A stretch of 63,493 bases of DNA, counting the filler, from Chiloscyllium plagiosum (taxonomy: Eukaryota), in the NCBI RefSeq assembly GCF_004010195.1. It is 6 parts of 6 records of this genome, joined end to end, with 100 filler letters (N's around TTAATTAATTAA, not from the genome) between each part and the next. Parts side by side here need not be neighbours in the genome. Positions count along the whole stretch, not along the records: positions 30,486 to 47,387 come from NC_057746.1; positions 47,488 to 48,992 come from NW_025158929.1; positions 49,093 to 50,754 come from NW_025166191.1; 3 more parts are not named here. One strand, written 5' to 3'. Positions 37,214-49,244 of this stretch are shown here, piece by piece (within the stretch, counting starts at the first letter, position 1; each line of letters starts with the position of its first letter). The translations under genes and the position numbers were made by a program. The notes beneath the pieces are model-generated. The model was not told the DNA's origin. It did no database searches and saw only the letters and a list, made by a program, of their open reading frames with translations.

Positions 37214-39798
37214 CTGCATATAACTAACAATACTTAACTCATCTGCCACTGAAACCCTCATTTGTGCTTTCATCAGATTGGAGTATTTCACTGCTCTCCA
37301 TCCTCCACCCTCAAAATCTCAGTTCATCCAAAATATAGCTGTCCTGAGGAACCTTCCCAACAACTTCTGTTCCTGTCCCTTATTTCTGGCACTTTCCAAT
37401 AATGCATTCTTGTTCTCCTATTTCTTACCTCTATAGAGAGCTTACCTGCAGACGTAGGTCTCTGACAACAGACTATGCTGAGCACCCATACCAAGGGTGA
37501 AACTCAAAGACAATTAAGAGCAGGAAAGGGCTATTTGCAATTTGCAATCTGCTCTGCCATTCAGTATGACCACGTACAATCTGATTGTGGCTTTAACTCC
37601 ACTTTTCTCACTCAGTTCTCTTTCTCTCAGGTTCAAATGACCCCGCCCCATTGCTGGCTCAGAGAGAATTACAAAAAGCAACAGCTCTTCTAAACTCCAG
37701 AATACAGATCTAATCTGCTCAAACTTTCCTCAAAGGACAACTGCTTCAAAAAAAGAGTTCATACCCCATTAAGACGAGGTGGAGTCTCACCATTATCTTG
37801 TACAATTGTATCAAGACATCCTTATAATTACATTCCATCCTCTTTATAATTAAGGCCATCAGTGTACACCTTCCTAATTAGCCACTACCTGTTGTTTTTG
37901 ACTCATGTACCAGGATCCCCATGTGTTAGAGTTCTGTAATCTTGCTCTAACAATATCCTGCCTTTCCATTCTCCTTGTCAAAGCAGACCCCTCATTGTAC
38001 TCCATCAGCCAGCTGATAGCTCCCTCACTCACTGAATCTCTGTATTCCTTTGTAGGCTATTTGTATCCCATCATCTTTGCATTGCATTGTAGTGACACTT
38101 GCTGACAGTTAGTTCCTTTAACCAGTAAGTTGATAGGACCAGTACTGGGCTATTGCCACTAAGCTAACTTATCAAGGGGGTAGATCCAGTGAGAATAAAG
38201 TATAAAGAATTGAGGAGGCAGGGAGAACGCAGCCAGTCCTTGATGGAACCCAATAGTAAGAAAGGGTAACCAACTAGGGTATACAGCTGAAGGATGTTGT
38301 AGGACATTGGGAAGAGGCTTTGGAGAGAGACAAGAACTCTAAAAATCAAACTGCATGAGGTTGGGGGAAGAAAAATAGAATGATCAGAAAGACAAGGCAA
38401 CATTTTGTATTTAATCTTCAAAAATCTCCCTAGCTACATATTTGACCAGCCATCAAGTCAAAGTAGGTTTAAGGAGTAAAACAGAGATATAGCTTTAAAG
38501 GAGGCAACTTGAACTCAGACCAGCACAGCTAAAGCAGTGACCAACCAAAAATTGGTGATTGACGAGGGGTCAGAATCAGAGATAAAGATCTAAGCAAGCC
38601 ATCAGAAATTTGGGAGGGGGGGGGGGGAGAAGAAAAAAAAAAGAGTAACGTGCTTCAATTTTAATAAGACAAGCATCTTAGTACTAAAAAAAAAACAAGG
38701 TTCTTCCAGAACAGAGAATAGAGATAGCAGTGGGATTCAAAGACCATGGATTCAGTATTGTCAGTGTTTAATTGGAAGAGATTTCTGTTCATCCATAGAT
38801 TTGACAGCCAGGAACAGAGGAGTGACATTGAATTAGAATTGTGCTGCCAGTGTGCATGTAGAAAATTGTAGGTCAATGATATAGAATGCCTGACTACAAT
38901 AAGCATCCTGGTTGTATTTACAGAGAGATGGACATGTTACTTGAAGTGTTATTCAGTAACTTCTTAGTCATACAGACTGGAACAAGCCGGTCAGATTTTT
39001 ATTGAGTGCTCTTCCAATAGAAGTTTCTTCACCTGAAATTACCTGGAGAGTTGCATACATGAATTGAATGTTTAAGTACTGAAAACAAACAGGGATGGTT
39101 ATTTTAACTGACAGGGCAACTTCAACTATCTGAACGACATGGGCAGCAAGTATTCTGTTTAGATAATTGAATGCTCAGATAACAGATTACCCAAGCATCA
39201 GGACCTTGAGATCTTGTTTGGATACAGATTTTCTGGTATATTGCTGGTGTCAGTCTGAGCAGACAGCTCTCTGGTTAGTTCGAGGCAGAGGCATCATTAT
39301 TTAAACGATGCTTCACTCTGCACAGGATTTCTTACTTTTGACTGCGATGCCTTGATTTGTGCTTGTAATAAAATGGTATTAAAAAGAGCTGGAATTTGGG
39401 CAACTGTATCTTAATTGCAGGGTTAATGATTGCAATCCGAAAGGAAGACTCTAAAGCCCTTTCCAACAGGAGATACTCCACTTCAATCCAGCTGCTGTGG
39501 ATTTGTACCGAATCCATACTTGGCCCAAATTAAGGAAGCAGTTTGGTAAATGTTAAATTAGTCAAGGTTACACACACAGGCAAGTGATCAATATTGCTTG
39601 ACGTGTTTGGACCTGCCTTGCACAGAGTCAGTGGCTGACAGTCTCCACCCTGGGATAGCTCAGCTTTACCATGGGTAAATCCACATGAAGGGCACATTCC
39701 ACAAACTGGACTCAGTCCACCAAAATTCAATACAGAAAGCCTGATTTTTGCACATTGTTTTGATAGAAAAATACAGAGCCTGATTTACAGCCCCAAAG

Positions 39799-39804
39799 TT
39801 TATT
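39799..39804 (-). promoter_or_regulatory. Candidate polyadenylation signal of the MHC II beta gene
   Basis: AATAAA on the minus strand about 540 nt after the stop codon. Confidence 0.45.
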
Positions 39805-40344
39805 AATCAGTAGTTGAAGCTTTTCATTGAGTGCTGAGTGACAGTAAAGGACAAACAGCAGCAAATCCAAGTACAAATGGTCTTAGTTTCAATATAACAG
39901 ATGCAATCAGTTTGATAAAGTCCATGTAAAGGATATTAAAATCAATTCTTTCGTTAAAATGGTTTAGATACAAAATAGATCATTTTTCAAGTAAATAAAG
40001 GAGATTTCAGAACATTTACAACAAGGCTGTATGAACAGAAAAGTTAGAGAGCCTACCTACATCCAAGCACTGACCCCAGTATCTCACCTGTCAGGGTGGG
40101 GATGGTGTGCAGAGGGAGTTAATCAGTGTGTGACATTAGACATCTGTTTTACATGTCATTTTAACATGATTAGAAAAGTTACAGTGTACAAGTCTCATAC
40201 ATTGCATGACATTAACCACAAGCAATCAAAAGTCAAGGTGAAGCAGCCTATGTATGGTGAGCTGTGGTCACATTGGAAATTTCGAAGCATTTTAGAGCTG
40301 TTTAATCCACTATGTCACTTCACTCTCTCAGGTCACATCCACAG

Positions 40345-40370
40345 TTAACTTGCAGCTGTACTCATCAAAC
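40345..40370 (-). CDS. MHC class II beta-type gene, last coding exon ((R)LMSTAAS*)
   Basis: tctattccAG acceptor, phase compatible with the preceding exon, and a TAA stop. Confidence 0.72.
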
Positions 40371-40527
40371 CTGGAATAGAGAATTCAAGTTAGAAAGCAC
40401 AGGACCCACTTACGTGCACACAGCAAATAGAAATTACTGAAGACCACAGGCAATGTGCAAACCTCTGACAGACAGCAGTGCCAAGGATGGTTAGTCTGTG
40501 GAACTCATTGCTGCAAGTGGCTATGGA

Positions 40528-40847
40528 AGATTAGATTAGATTACATTACAGTGTGGAAACAGGCCCTTCAGCCCAACAAGCCCACACTGACCCGCCGAAG
40601 CGCAACCCACCCATAACCCTACATTTATCCCTTACCTAACACTACGGGCAATTTAGCATGGCCAATTCACCTGACCTGCACATCTTTGGACTGTGGGAGG
40701 AAACCGGAGCACCCGGAGGAAACCCACACAGACAGGGGGAGAACGTGCAAACTCCACACAGTCAGTCAGTCGCCTGAGGCGGGAATTGAACCCGGGTCTC
40801 AGGCACTGTGAGGCAGCAGTGCTAACCACTGTGCCACCGTGCTGCCC
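40528..40847 (-). mobile_element. Full-length V-SINE (HE1-like)
   Basis: Reverse-complement match to 24200-24513, including the (TCTAA)n tail. Confidence 0.93.
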
Positions 40848-41768
40848 TGTCATTGGGTGTATTTAAGACGGGATAGCTAGGTTCTGATTGGTGAGGGGAT
40901 CAGGGGTTACAGGGAGAAGGCAGGAGGATGGCGTTGAGAAGCAAATCAGCCACAATCGAATAGTGGAGCAGATTTGATGGGCTGAATGGCCTGACTTTGT
41001 CCCCACGGTCTCTGGAACTGTGCATTACACTGACAGTAGACCTTTACAGTTGTGTAATGGATAGTAGCTTACAATTCCAGAGATTTCCAAAAGTCACAGT
41101 AATCACTAACTCAAACATCACCATTCTTCTTTCACTGTTGCTGGGTGAAATATCTGGAGTTCCCTCCTTAACAGTGTTCCTACACCAAAGGAACTGCATC
41201 AATTCAACTGCAGCCACCCACCATCTTCTCCAGGGTAATCAGGAAGCAGCCTGCAAAACCCATATCCCTGAATAAACTAAAAATACAAGGTTGGCAATAA
41301 AGATGGAATCAGGAGTCACATGTGGTAGAAGGAAAACCCAGACAGATCTCATGACAGGAATGCTCCTACTCATACAGCTAACAGATCAGTCTGAGACAGG
41401 TTAGGGTCCCAGGGTGGTTCAGGTTTGACAAAGAATCCCCATAGTGTCCAGAGATTACCCGTTTCATTGCTCGGTCATTACAGACAGGAGGGGTAGTTTG
41501 GGCACTGTTTCACCTCTAGGAAGGGTTCAAGTTACACTGCAACCAGCAAAATCTGATGTGAAGTGGGTTTGGGGGCAGCCTCAATACGATTTATGGAGGT
41601 GGTTTTACAGTTTAACCCAGGATGTACCTGTCTGGGAGTAGGCAGGAATGCAGTATTGTGGCCATCATCAGGTTGCCATTTAATAAGGCTGAGTTGGATT
41701 AAGTGTTTAATAGCCTATGCCTGTTCCTAATTCACATTGACAGCTTTCATAGCTAGAATTACACCAGA

Positions 41769-42073
41769 ATTAGATTAGATTACTTAGTGTGGAAACAGGC
41801 CCTTTGGCCCAACAAGTCCACACCAACCTGCCGAAGTGCAACCCACCCATACCCCTACATTACCTCTTACCTAAGACTACGGACAATTTAGCATGGCCAA
41901 TTCACCTGACCTGCACATCTTTGGACTGTGGGAGGAAACCGGAGCACCCGGAGGAAACCCGCGCAGACATGGGGAAAATGTGCAAACTCCACACAGTCAG
42001 TCGCCTGAGTCGGGAATTGAACCCGGGTCTCTGTCGCTGTGAGGCAGCAATGCTAACCACTGTGCCACCGTGC
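41769..42073 (-). mobile_element. V-SINE (HE1-like)
   Basis: Same family as 24200-24513. Confidence 0.92.
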
Positions 42074-42149
42074 AGCTATTGGTCAGAACTGGCACCTTGT
42101 TTGAAAGTATTCCTCCTTTCATCACATCCAAAATAGCTGGTATACTTAC

Positions 42150-42179
42150 GTGGACCGTGATTGCTGGAGTCCAGAATAG
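42150..42179 (-). CDS. MHC class II beta-type gene, 30-nt cytoplasmic exon ((A)ILDSSNHGP)
   Basis: Strong ttctcttccAG acceptor and GTAAGT donor, phase 1-1. Confidence 0.8.
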
Positions 42180-42777
42180 CTGGAAGAGAAAGGAAACAAG
42201 GTTAGTCTGTCTCCAATCAGGATGGTTATGGGTTCAAGTCTCACTGCTGTTACTCTTGCATTTTGGCAGCTCAATGTTTTATTGTTCTTCATTCCCTATT
42301 CGAGATGCTGTCAGAATCTCTCAGTTACAAGATTTCAGTATTCATTATAAGCCTTTCACTGTCTGGTTACACTGCAAACTAATATCAATCTAATCTTTAC
42401 ACTTCAGCTCTTGAAGGATAATTTGGAAATTTCACTGATATTCCAATGATATAGAGCAGGATTTATTGACCTCTTCCTCTTCGAAGAAATTCTCTGCTCC
42501 ATGCCTTCTACACTACTTTGCAGCTAAATGTTTCTAGTCATGGGCAGTTTTTTTCTTACATTGGCAGTCAGCTAGCTTGGCTGTCAGTGCAATGAAAGTT
42601 GGTAATAACTCAATTTGATGAATAAACCAAGGTCATTAGCTCAGAAGACTTTATCATTTGGATGGTCCCAGCCAGCTTGTATTTTCAGTCCAGTGTAATA
42701 TGAACACAGCTTAGACAGCCCAGGGGGACACCTCCAGCCCCATGGCCCCAGGGTAGGAGTATCGCCTAGAAGCTCAC

Positions 42778-42894
42778 CTTTAGCATTCTTCAGCCTCATT
42801 ATCACTCCAGCCAGCAAGATGATCAGTCCAATCACAAAGAACAGGGCTCCGACAGCAATCTTGGGATGTGCCGATTCAGGAATACTCCGGACTT
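42778..42894 (-). CDS. MHC class II beta-type gene, connecting peptide/TM exon (VRSIPESAHPKIAVGALFFVIGLIILLAGVIMRLKNAK)
   Basis: A 117-nt phase 1-1 exon bounded by AG and GTGAG. It aligns with the class II beta TM pattern K...GxxGxxxGxxxxxxG followed by a basic stop-transfer segment. Confidence 0.85.
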
Positions 42895-43429
42895 CTGTTC
42901 AAGTCAAAACAAATGGTGTCATAAGCTTCATATTGACAATCACATCAGGGAGCTACCTTCTGGTTTAGATCCTTGTTCAAATGAAATAGGAACATGATTT
43001 AGGAGCTGAGTAGGCCATTTGGCCCTTCAAGCCTGCTTTACCATTTGCAACAGTCATGGTTGATCAGATTGCAGCTGAACTGCACTGTCCCCACCCTGGT
43101 CCTACAATCTCAGTAGTGTAACTGTCTGAATAAATTTAATGACAGCTTCCACTATTTTATGGAAAGGAATTTCACAATCTAACCACTAACAAAAGAATTC
43201 TCCTCAACTTGGCCTTTAAAAGGGAAATCAGGTTTTTAAACTGCAATCCCCTAATTCTAGTCTCTCCTACAAAAGGAATCCTCCCAGCACCTATCCTATG
43301 CAATCCCAAGATCTTCTAAACATTAAATGAGTTAAGGTCTAACCTGTACAGACTTTAAGATCAGCCTTTTATCCAGGGAAAGGAGAGAGAACCTTCTGAA
43401 TAGCTGCCAACACAATCATGCACCTCACT

Positions 43430-45480
43430 GTCAGAGTCCTACAGCATGGAGACAGGCCCTTTGGTCCATGCCAACCAAAAAGTGTCCACCCATCCTAACC
43501 CCTGTATCCTGCGCTTGGTCCATATCCTTCTAAACCTTTCCTATCCATGTATTGTCCAAATGCCTTTTAAATGTTGTTAATGTACCCACCTCAACCACGT
43601 CCGCTGGCAGCTCATTCCATAGGTGTACCACCCTCTGGTACAAAATGTTGCCCCTTAGGTTCCCTTTTACTCTTTCCCCTCTAACTTTAAACTGATGCCC
43701 TCTAGTTCTCAATTCCCAACCCTGGGGAAAAAAATTCACCCTATCCATGCCTCATGATCTTATACACTTCTGTAAGATTCCTCTTTGGTCTCCTACGCTC
43801 GAAAGAGAAAAGTCCTACCTTGTCCCAACCACTCCTGATAACTTAGACCACAGAGTCTTGTGAACACCCTTGTAAGTTTCTTCTGCACTCTTTCCAGTTT
43901 AGCATTCTTCCTATAGCAATGATTTGGAGGTGCTGGTGTTGGATTGAGGTGTACAAAATTAAAAATCACACCACCACATTATAGTCCAACAGGTTTATTT
44001 GGAAGCACTAGCTTTCAGAGTGCTCTGAAAGCTAGTGCTTCCAAATAAACTGGTTAGATTATAACATGTTGTGATTGTTAACTTCCTATAGCAAGGTGAC
44101 CAAAATAGAACAATACTCCTACTGCAGCCTCACCAATGTCCCATATTACAGCAACACTACGTCCCAACTCTTATCCTCACTGCCCTGTCTACCTGTGACT
44201 CCACTTTCAGAGAACACAGCACCTGAACTCCAAGGTCCCCCTGTTCCACTACACTCAAGGCCCTACCATTCACCATGAAACTTTTCTTTGCCTTAAATGC
44301 AAGACCTCACACTTATCCATGTTAAACTCCTTTTGCCATTTCTTGGCCCACTTCCCCAGCTGATCAAGGTTCTGCTGCAATTTCTGATAGCAGTAAAATA
44401 GGCAGTCAAGGTTATCTGCAAACTTATATATTCAGATTATTAATAAAGATAACAAACAGCAATAGGCCCAGCACCAACCTGAGGCACTCCAGTAGAGACA
44501 GGCCTCCAGTTTGACAAGCATCCTTCCACTATTACTCTCTGCTTTATAAATCAAGCCAATTGTGTATCCAACTCCCCAGCTCCCCCTGGATTCTATGCGA
44601 TCTAACCTTCTAGAGCAGCCTACCATATAAAACCTTATCAAAGGTCTTACTGAAATTCAGTGTCTCTTGCTCTGTACTCAATCTTCATGGTTAATTCATG
44701 ACAGTAACAAATTTGAGGCATTACTTCCCAAAGCCATGCTGACCACTCCTAATCAAACCCAGTCTTTCCAAATGCATGTATATCTTATCTCAGAATCTTC
44801 AAATAAACTTACCGACCATAGATGTTAAGCTGACTGGTCTATAGTGCCCAGGTTTTTCTTTACAATCCTTCTTGAATAATGGCACAACATTCCCTACCCT
44901 CCAGTCTCCCAGACCTCACCCATGGTTAACGATGATGCAAAAATATCAGCCAGGGTCCCTGCAATTTTTTCCTCTAGCCTCGTAGTGTTCCTGGACGTAT
45001 CTGGTCAGGACCAGGAGATTTATCCACCTTCATACATTCTAATTCATCCAACACCACCTCTATTGTGATATGGACTGTCCAAGGTATCGCCACTAACTTC
45101 CCCAAGTTCTCAAGTCTTTATGCTTTTCTCCGTGGTAATGAGGAGACATATTCATTGAGGACCTCACCCATCTCCTGCAGTTCTACATATGTCCACTTTA
45201 GTCCTTGATGGGCCCTATTCTCTCCAGAGATTATTTTTCCTTTAATATACAGGTACTTAAAGAACCTCTTTGGATTCACCCTAATCATCTCAGCCAAGGC
45301 AATCTCGTGCCCCCCTTTCAACCTCCTGATTTCCTTCAGTAAACTCCTGTATACCTCCAGGGATTCCCTTGATCCCAGCTGCCTGCACCTGAGCCATGCC
45401 TCCTCTCTTTCTGGTCAAAGCCTCTATCGCTTGTCATCCAGGGTTCCCTATTCCTGTCAACCTTGCCCTTCACCCTCACA
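43430..45480 (-). mobile_element. Degenerate CR1 LINE
   Basis: RTRGHQFK...QRVVHLWNELP and NPKRFFKY...MGEVLNEY. Confidence 0.85.
43920..44081. mobile_element. 162-bp fold-back Penelope-derived mini-element
   Basis: Perfect 28-bp inverted arms (43993-44020 / 44023-44050) and an exact 13-bp TSD, cttcctatagcaa (43907-43919 / 44082-44094). Confidence 0.88.
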
Positions 45481-46480
45481 GGAAGGTTAGGATAAAACTG
45501 AATGCAGTACTCCAGATGTAGTTCTACCAATGTTCCGAACAAGCGCAGTAAACTTCCCTACTTCATATTCCATTTCACTGGAAATGGACATCCATTTGCC
45601 TTCCAAATGATTTGTTTCTGTATCAGGACAGAAAAATCCCACTGCCATGACATTTCATCAATCTGCCATTTAACTTGTACTCCTTTCCATTCTTCCATTT
45701 TATGTTCTGGAATCACACGGAAGCATAGGAGGGGTAGCTTAGAGACTGCCAATTTCTTGAGGGATACTGCAGTGTTTGGAGAAAAGTAGAAAAGTAGGAA
45801 GTGTGACTGTACTAGAGTTTCAGCAGTATTTCCCTATATCATTGCAAGTGGTTTTCAAGATAATAGCCTGTATTCCTATTACATTGAAAGTGACTCCAAA
45901 ACGAAGATTCCAATACCCTCATGGACATGAGCAAAACCTAAGTATAGTCATGTCCATTAAGATAGGAAAGGACCAAGATGTGAATAGAGTTTAGCAAGAG
46001 GTTAGTAATCTTTAGATTTATGGACAAAGACAAAGATCACAACACGACTAAACTTTCAATTTTATGGGAAATTGGCACTGGTTTTGGGGAAGATGGTGCT
46101 ATCATAATATTTGGATAGGAATGAAGATAAATGGAGAAAGGACAAAAAAAGTAGACAGTGGAGGTGTAGGGAAAATAAAGCAATTTAGATCAAATGATAA
46201 AGATTTATCTGGATACATGAACTGATTAAAAGAGCAAGAATAAAATAAAAAGTTAAACAGATGAGGAGCGTCACTTATAAACATTAATTGTATCATAACT
46301 GCTGTAATTGTATCATAACTGCTGTAACAGCATGAACAGAAGGAAACACCAGGCTACAGAATTTTTAAAGCATATGATAACACATGCACAGAAGGCAAGA
46401 CCTGAAGGTGTACACAAGTTTCAGACAATCAGCATGGTTAAGAGAACAAAGATAAAACCACCATTACATTATAGGGGAAA

Positions 46481-46647
46481 GTTAAAAATCACAACACCAG
46501 GTTATACTCCAACAGGTTTAATTGGAAGCACACTAGCTTTCGGAGCAACGCTCCTTCATAATCACCTGATAAACTGTTGGACTATAACCTGGTGGTCTGA
46601 TTTTTAAACTTTGTACACCCCAGTCCAACACCGGCATCTCCAAATCA
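46481..46647. mobile_element. Second short inverted Penelope-derived element
   Basis: Two terminal-repeat fragments in opposite orientation, joined near the hammerhead core. Confidence 0.8.
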
Positions 46648-47124
46648 TTATTAGGAGAAAAGTGCACTAAAGTCTGTAAGGCAGAAAAAAATTGGGAAGT
46701 GCTCCAGATTTTTTTTCTAAGGATCAAATTGTATAAAGAGATTGGAATTCAGGATTTAATTCTTAATTCCTTCAGCTTGCTACATCTCAATTTCTCCTTA
46801 CTCATCATTCAGGCCTGCAAAGGAGATCAGGTCAGCAAGTTGAGACTCAGCTTTATTCCCCAAAGCAGAAGAAAGTTAGTACAGAAACATCGATTTTAGG
46901 AACACAATGAGAGAATGGTTAGATTTTTTAAATGCATTAGATCATGCATTAAAATATGTGAAGCACTTTGAATAAGCAGTGAGAAAGTGGCTAGAAACAA
47001 AAAATAAAATGAATAGAACATAAGGGACCCACAAAGGAGTGCCCATAAATTGTAGTCAAGGATTCATACTGAAAACCATTGGAGAATGGGTGATACAGAA
47101 AAGGATAATTACAAAACAACGAGA

Positions 47125-47387
47125 ATCTTTTTCCACATATGGAGTCAGCTATTACGAGGGGGCATAGCTTTAAATTAAGGGGTGGTAGGTATAGGACAGA
47201 TGTTAGGGGTAGATTCTTTACTCAGCGAGTCGTGAGTTCATGGAATTCCCTGCCAGTAGCAGTGGTGGACTCTCCCTCTTTATGGGCATTTAAACGGGCA
47301 TTGGATAGGCATATGGAGGATAGTGGGCTAGTGTAGGTTAGGTGGGCTTGGATCGGCGCAACATCGAGGGCCAAAGGGCCTGTACTG
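47125..47387 (+). mobile_element. Young CR1 3' end, nearly identical to 8260-8470
   Basis: TRGHSFKLRGGRY...FFTQRVVSSWNSLP. Confidence 0.9.
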
Positions 47388-47487
47388 NNNNNNNNNNNNN
47401 NNNNNNNNNNNNNNNNNNNNNNNNNNNNNNNTTAATTAATTAANNNNNNNNNNNNNNNNNNNNNNNNNNNNNNNNNNNNNNNNNNNN
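47388..47487. other. Artificial scaffold-join linker
   Basis: 44 N + TTAATTAATTAA + 44 N. Confidence 0.97.
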
Positions 47488-48721
47488 TATTTACCAAGCT
47501 GCATTTTTTAATTTCTTCATGGAGCAGGGGAGAAAAAAAAAACAAAAGCGTCTTAAATTAATCTACAAACGCGATGGAAATGTGCACTAATTTTATAGAC
47601 ATCCCCTACTCACTGTGTAAACATCGCCACCCCAAACCAGGCTAAAGCAGCCTGTCTCGAGTTCCTAGTTCATTCATCCCTATTGTAGCATTCTTACCAG
47701 AATTTATTCTCTTGCCGCATCCTACATAATTACAGAGAGCATCTTAAAGAAGCTCAGTGAGATCACATTTATCTCAGTTCATCAAATGTGATACCCACTT
47801 GGTCTGTGGTCTGATTCCATAAATGAAGTTAAAGAGCTCAGTATCAGATAAAAATCGACGTCGTACAATGTCCAAGGCCAACAGGTCATTCCTGAGCAGG
47901 GAATGAAGCATTGAACGCATTTTGATTTATTTTCAAGTAAGGGTCACTGCATATTTTAACCACGTCATTTTGAGACCCCAACATCATAAGATAGAGGATC
48001 AGAATAAGGCTGTTCGGCCAATCCAGAGTTGAGATCAGAATGATGCTGGAAAAGCACAGCAGGTCAGGCAGCATCCGACGAGCAGGAAAATTGACGTTTC
48101 GGGCTAAAGCCATTCTCCTGCCTTCTCCCCGTACTAAACAAGAGCCGATCTATATCTAGCTTGAGTACACACAATGGCCTGGACTCCACAGCCCTCTGCA
48201 GCAACATGTTCCACAGACTCATCACCCTCTGGGTGAAGGAATTCCTCCCCATCTCAGTTCTAAGACTTTGAACCTAAGACTGTGCCTTTGGGTCCTAGTC
48301 TCGCCTACCAGTCAAAACATCTATTCCGTGTTCACTCGACCTCAGTCTCTTAGTATTTTCTATGTTTCAATCAGATATCTATCCAATATCCCCCTCCACC
48401 CCCAAACTTATTCTTGAAGCGACTACCAGGCAACGATTCAGCACTCTGAATGCCTCTCCCAGCATGGTCAGGCAACAAACTATTTAACAAAGCTCACTGT
48501 CTATATATCTATCTTCAACAGAGAGGACACATGCTTTTCTGACTTGCCAAAATGTTGAATTATGAGCAATACTAATGTAACACTCAAACTGAAATGAGAT
48601 ACGTAGCATGTTGGGAAATGAGAAGCTGCACTGTGCTGTTTACTATGCCTGATAAATTAGTGTGTTTGATTCACATCACAGTTCAGAATGATTTGTAGCT
48701 CTCTTAGCATGTGTCTCTTAC

Positions 48722-48992
48722 CCTGCAATGCGGTGATGTTTTTACTTTGAATGTTCTCTCCATGAGTGACCTGGCAGGTATAGACTGCGCTGTTGAACCA
48801 TTCACCATAAGGGACCATCAGCCGACTCGTCACCGAGAAGTTCCCGTTTTCCTCACACACGGGAGACGTGACGAAGCCAGAATCCAAGTGTCGGCCATTT
48901 TTCAACCAACTCAAGGAGATCGACTTCGGATGGGAATCGATGATTGAACAGACCACGGCTGCAAACTTGCTGCTTGCGATTTCTTCACTGGA
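48722..48992 (-). CDS. IGHM: IgM C-mu2 exon (5' part cut by the linker)
   Basis: [33 protein letters not shown]...[30 protein letters not shown], then a GTAAG donor. Confidence 0.9.
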
Positions 48993-49092
48993 NNNNNNNN
49001 NNNNNNNNNNNNNNNNNNNNNNNNNNNNNNNNNNNNTTAATTAATTAANNNNNNNNNNNNNNNNNNNNNNNNNNNNNNNNNNNNNNNNNNNN
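48993..49092. other. Artificial scaffold-join linker
   Basis: 44 N + TTAATTAATTAA + 44 N. Confidence 0.97.
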
Positions 49093-49244
49093 CCGAAATG
49101 ACTGCACCATCCTTCTTCCACTGCATCTCCAGCTCATCAGGATAGAAGTGATTGGCAAGGCACACCAGGGTGGCAGTGCCCTTGGCATCTACCTGCTCCG
49201 GGGAGGGGGCAGCAGGGTCAGCTTGGGCTGAGAGTTCTCACGGC
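49093..49244 (-). pseudogene. IGKC: Ig kappa (NS4/type III) constant exon, 5' half, with a 1-nt frameshift (pseudogene or sequence error)
   Basis: ttgtctttcAG acceptor, then RENSQPKLTLLP/SPEQVDAKGTATLVCLANHFYPDELEMQWKKDGAVIS. One base is missing at the C run 49205-49209. Confidence 0.85.

Noticed and set aside
48722-49244. Apparent chimeric C-kappa/C-mu2 exon or heavy-light fusion gene
   Set aside because: The two half exons are joined only by the 100-nt linker.
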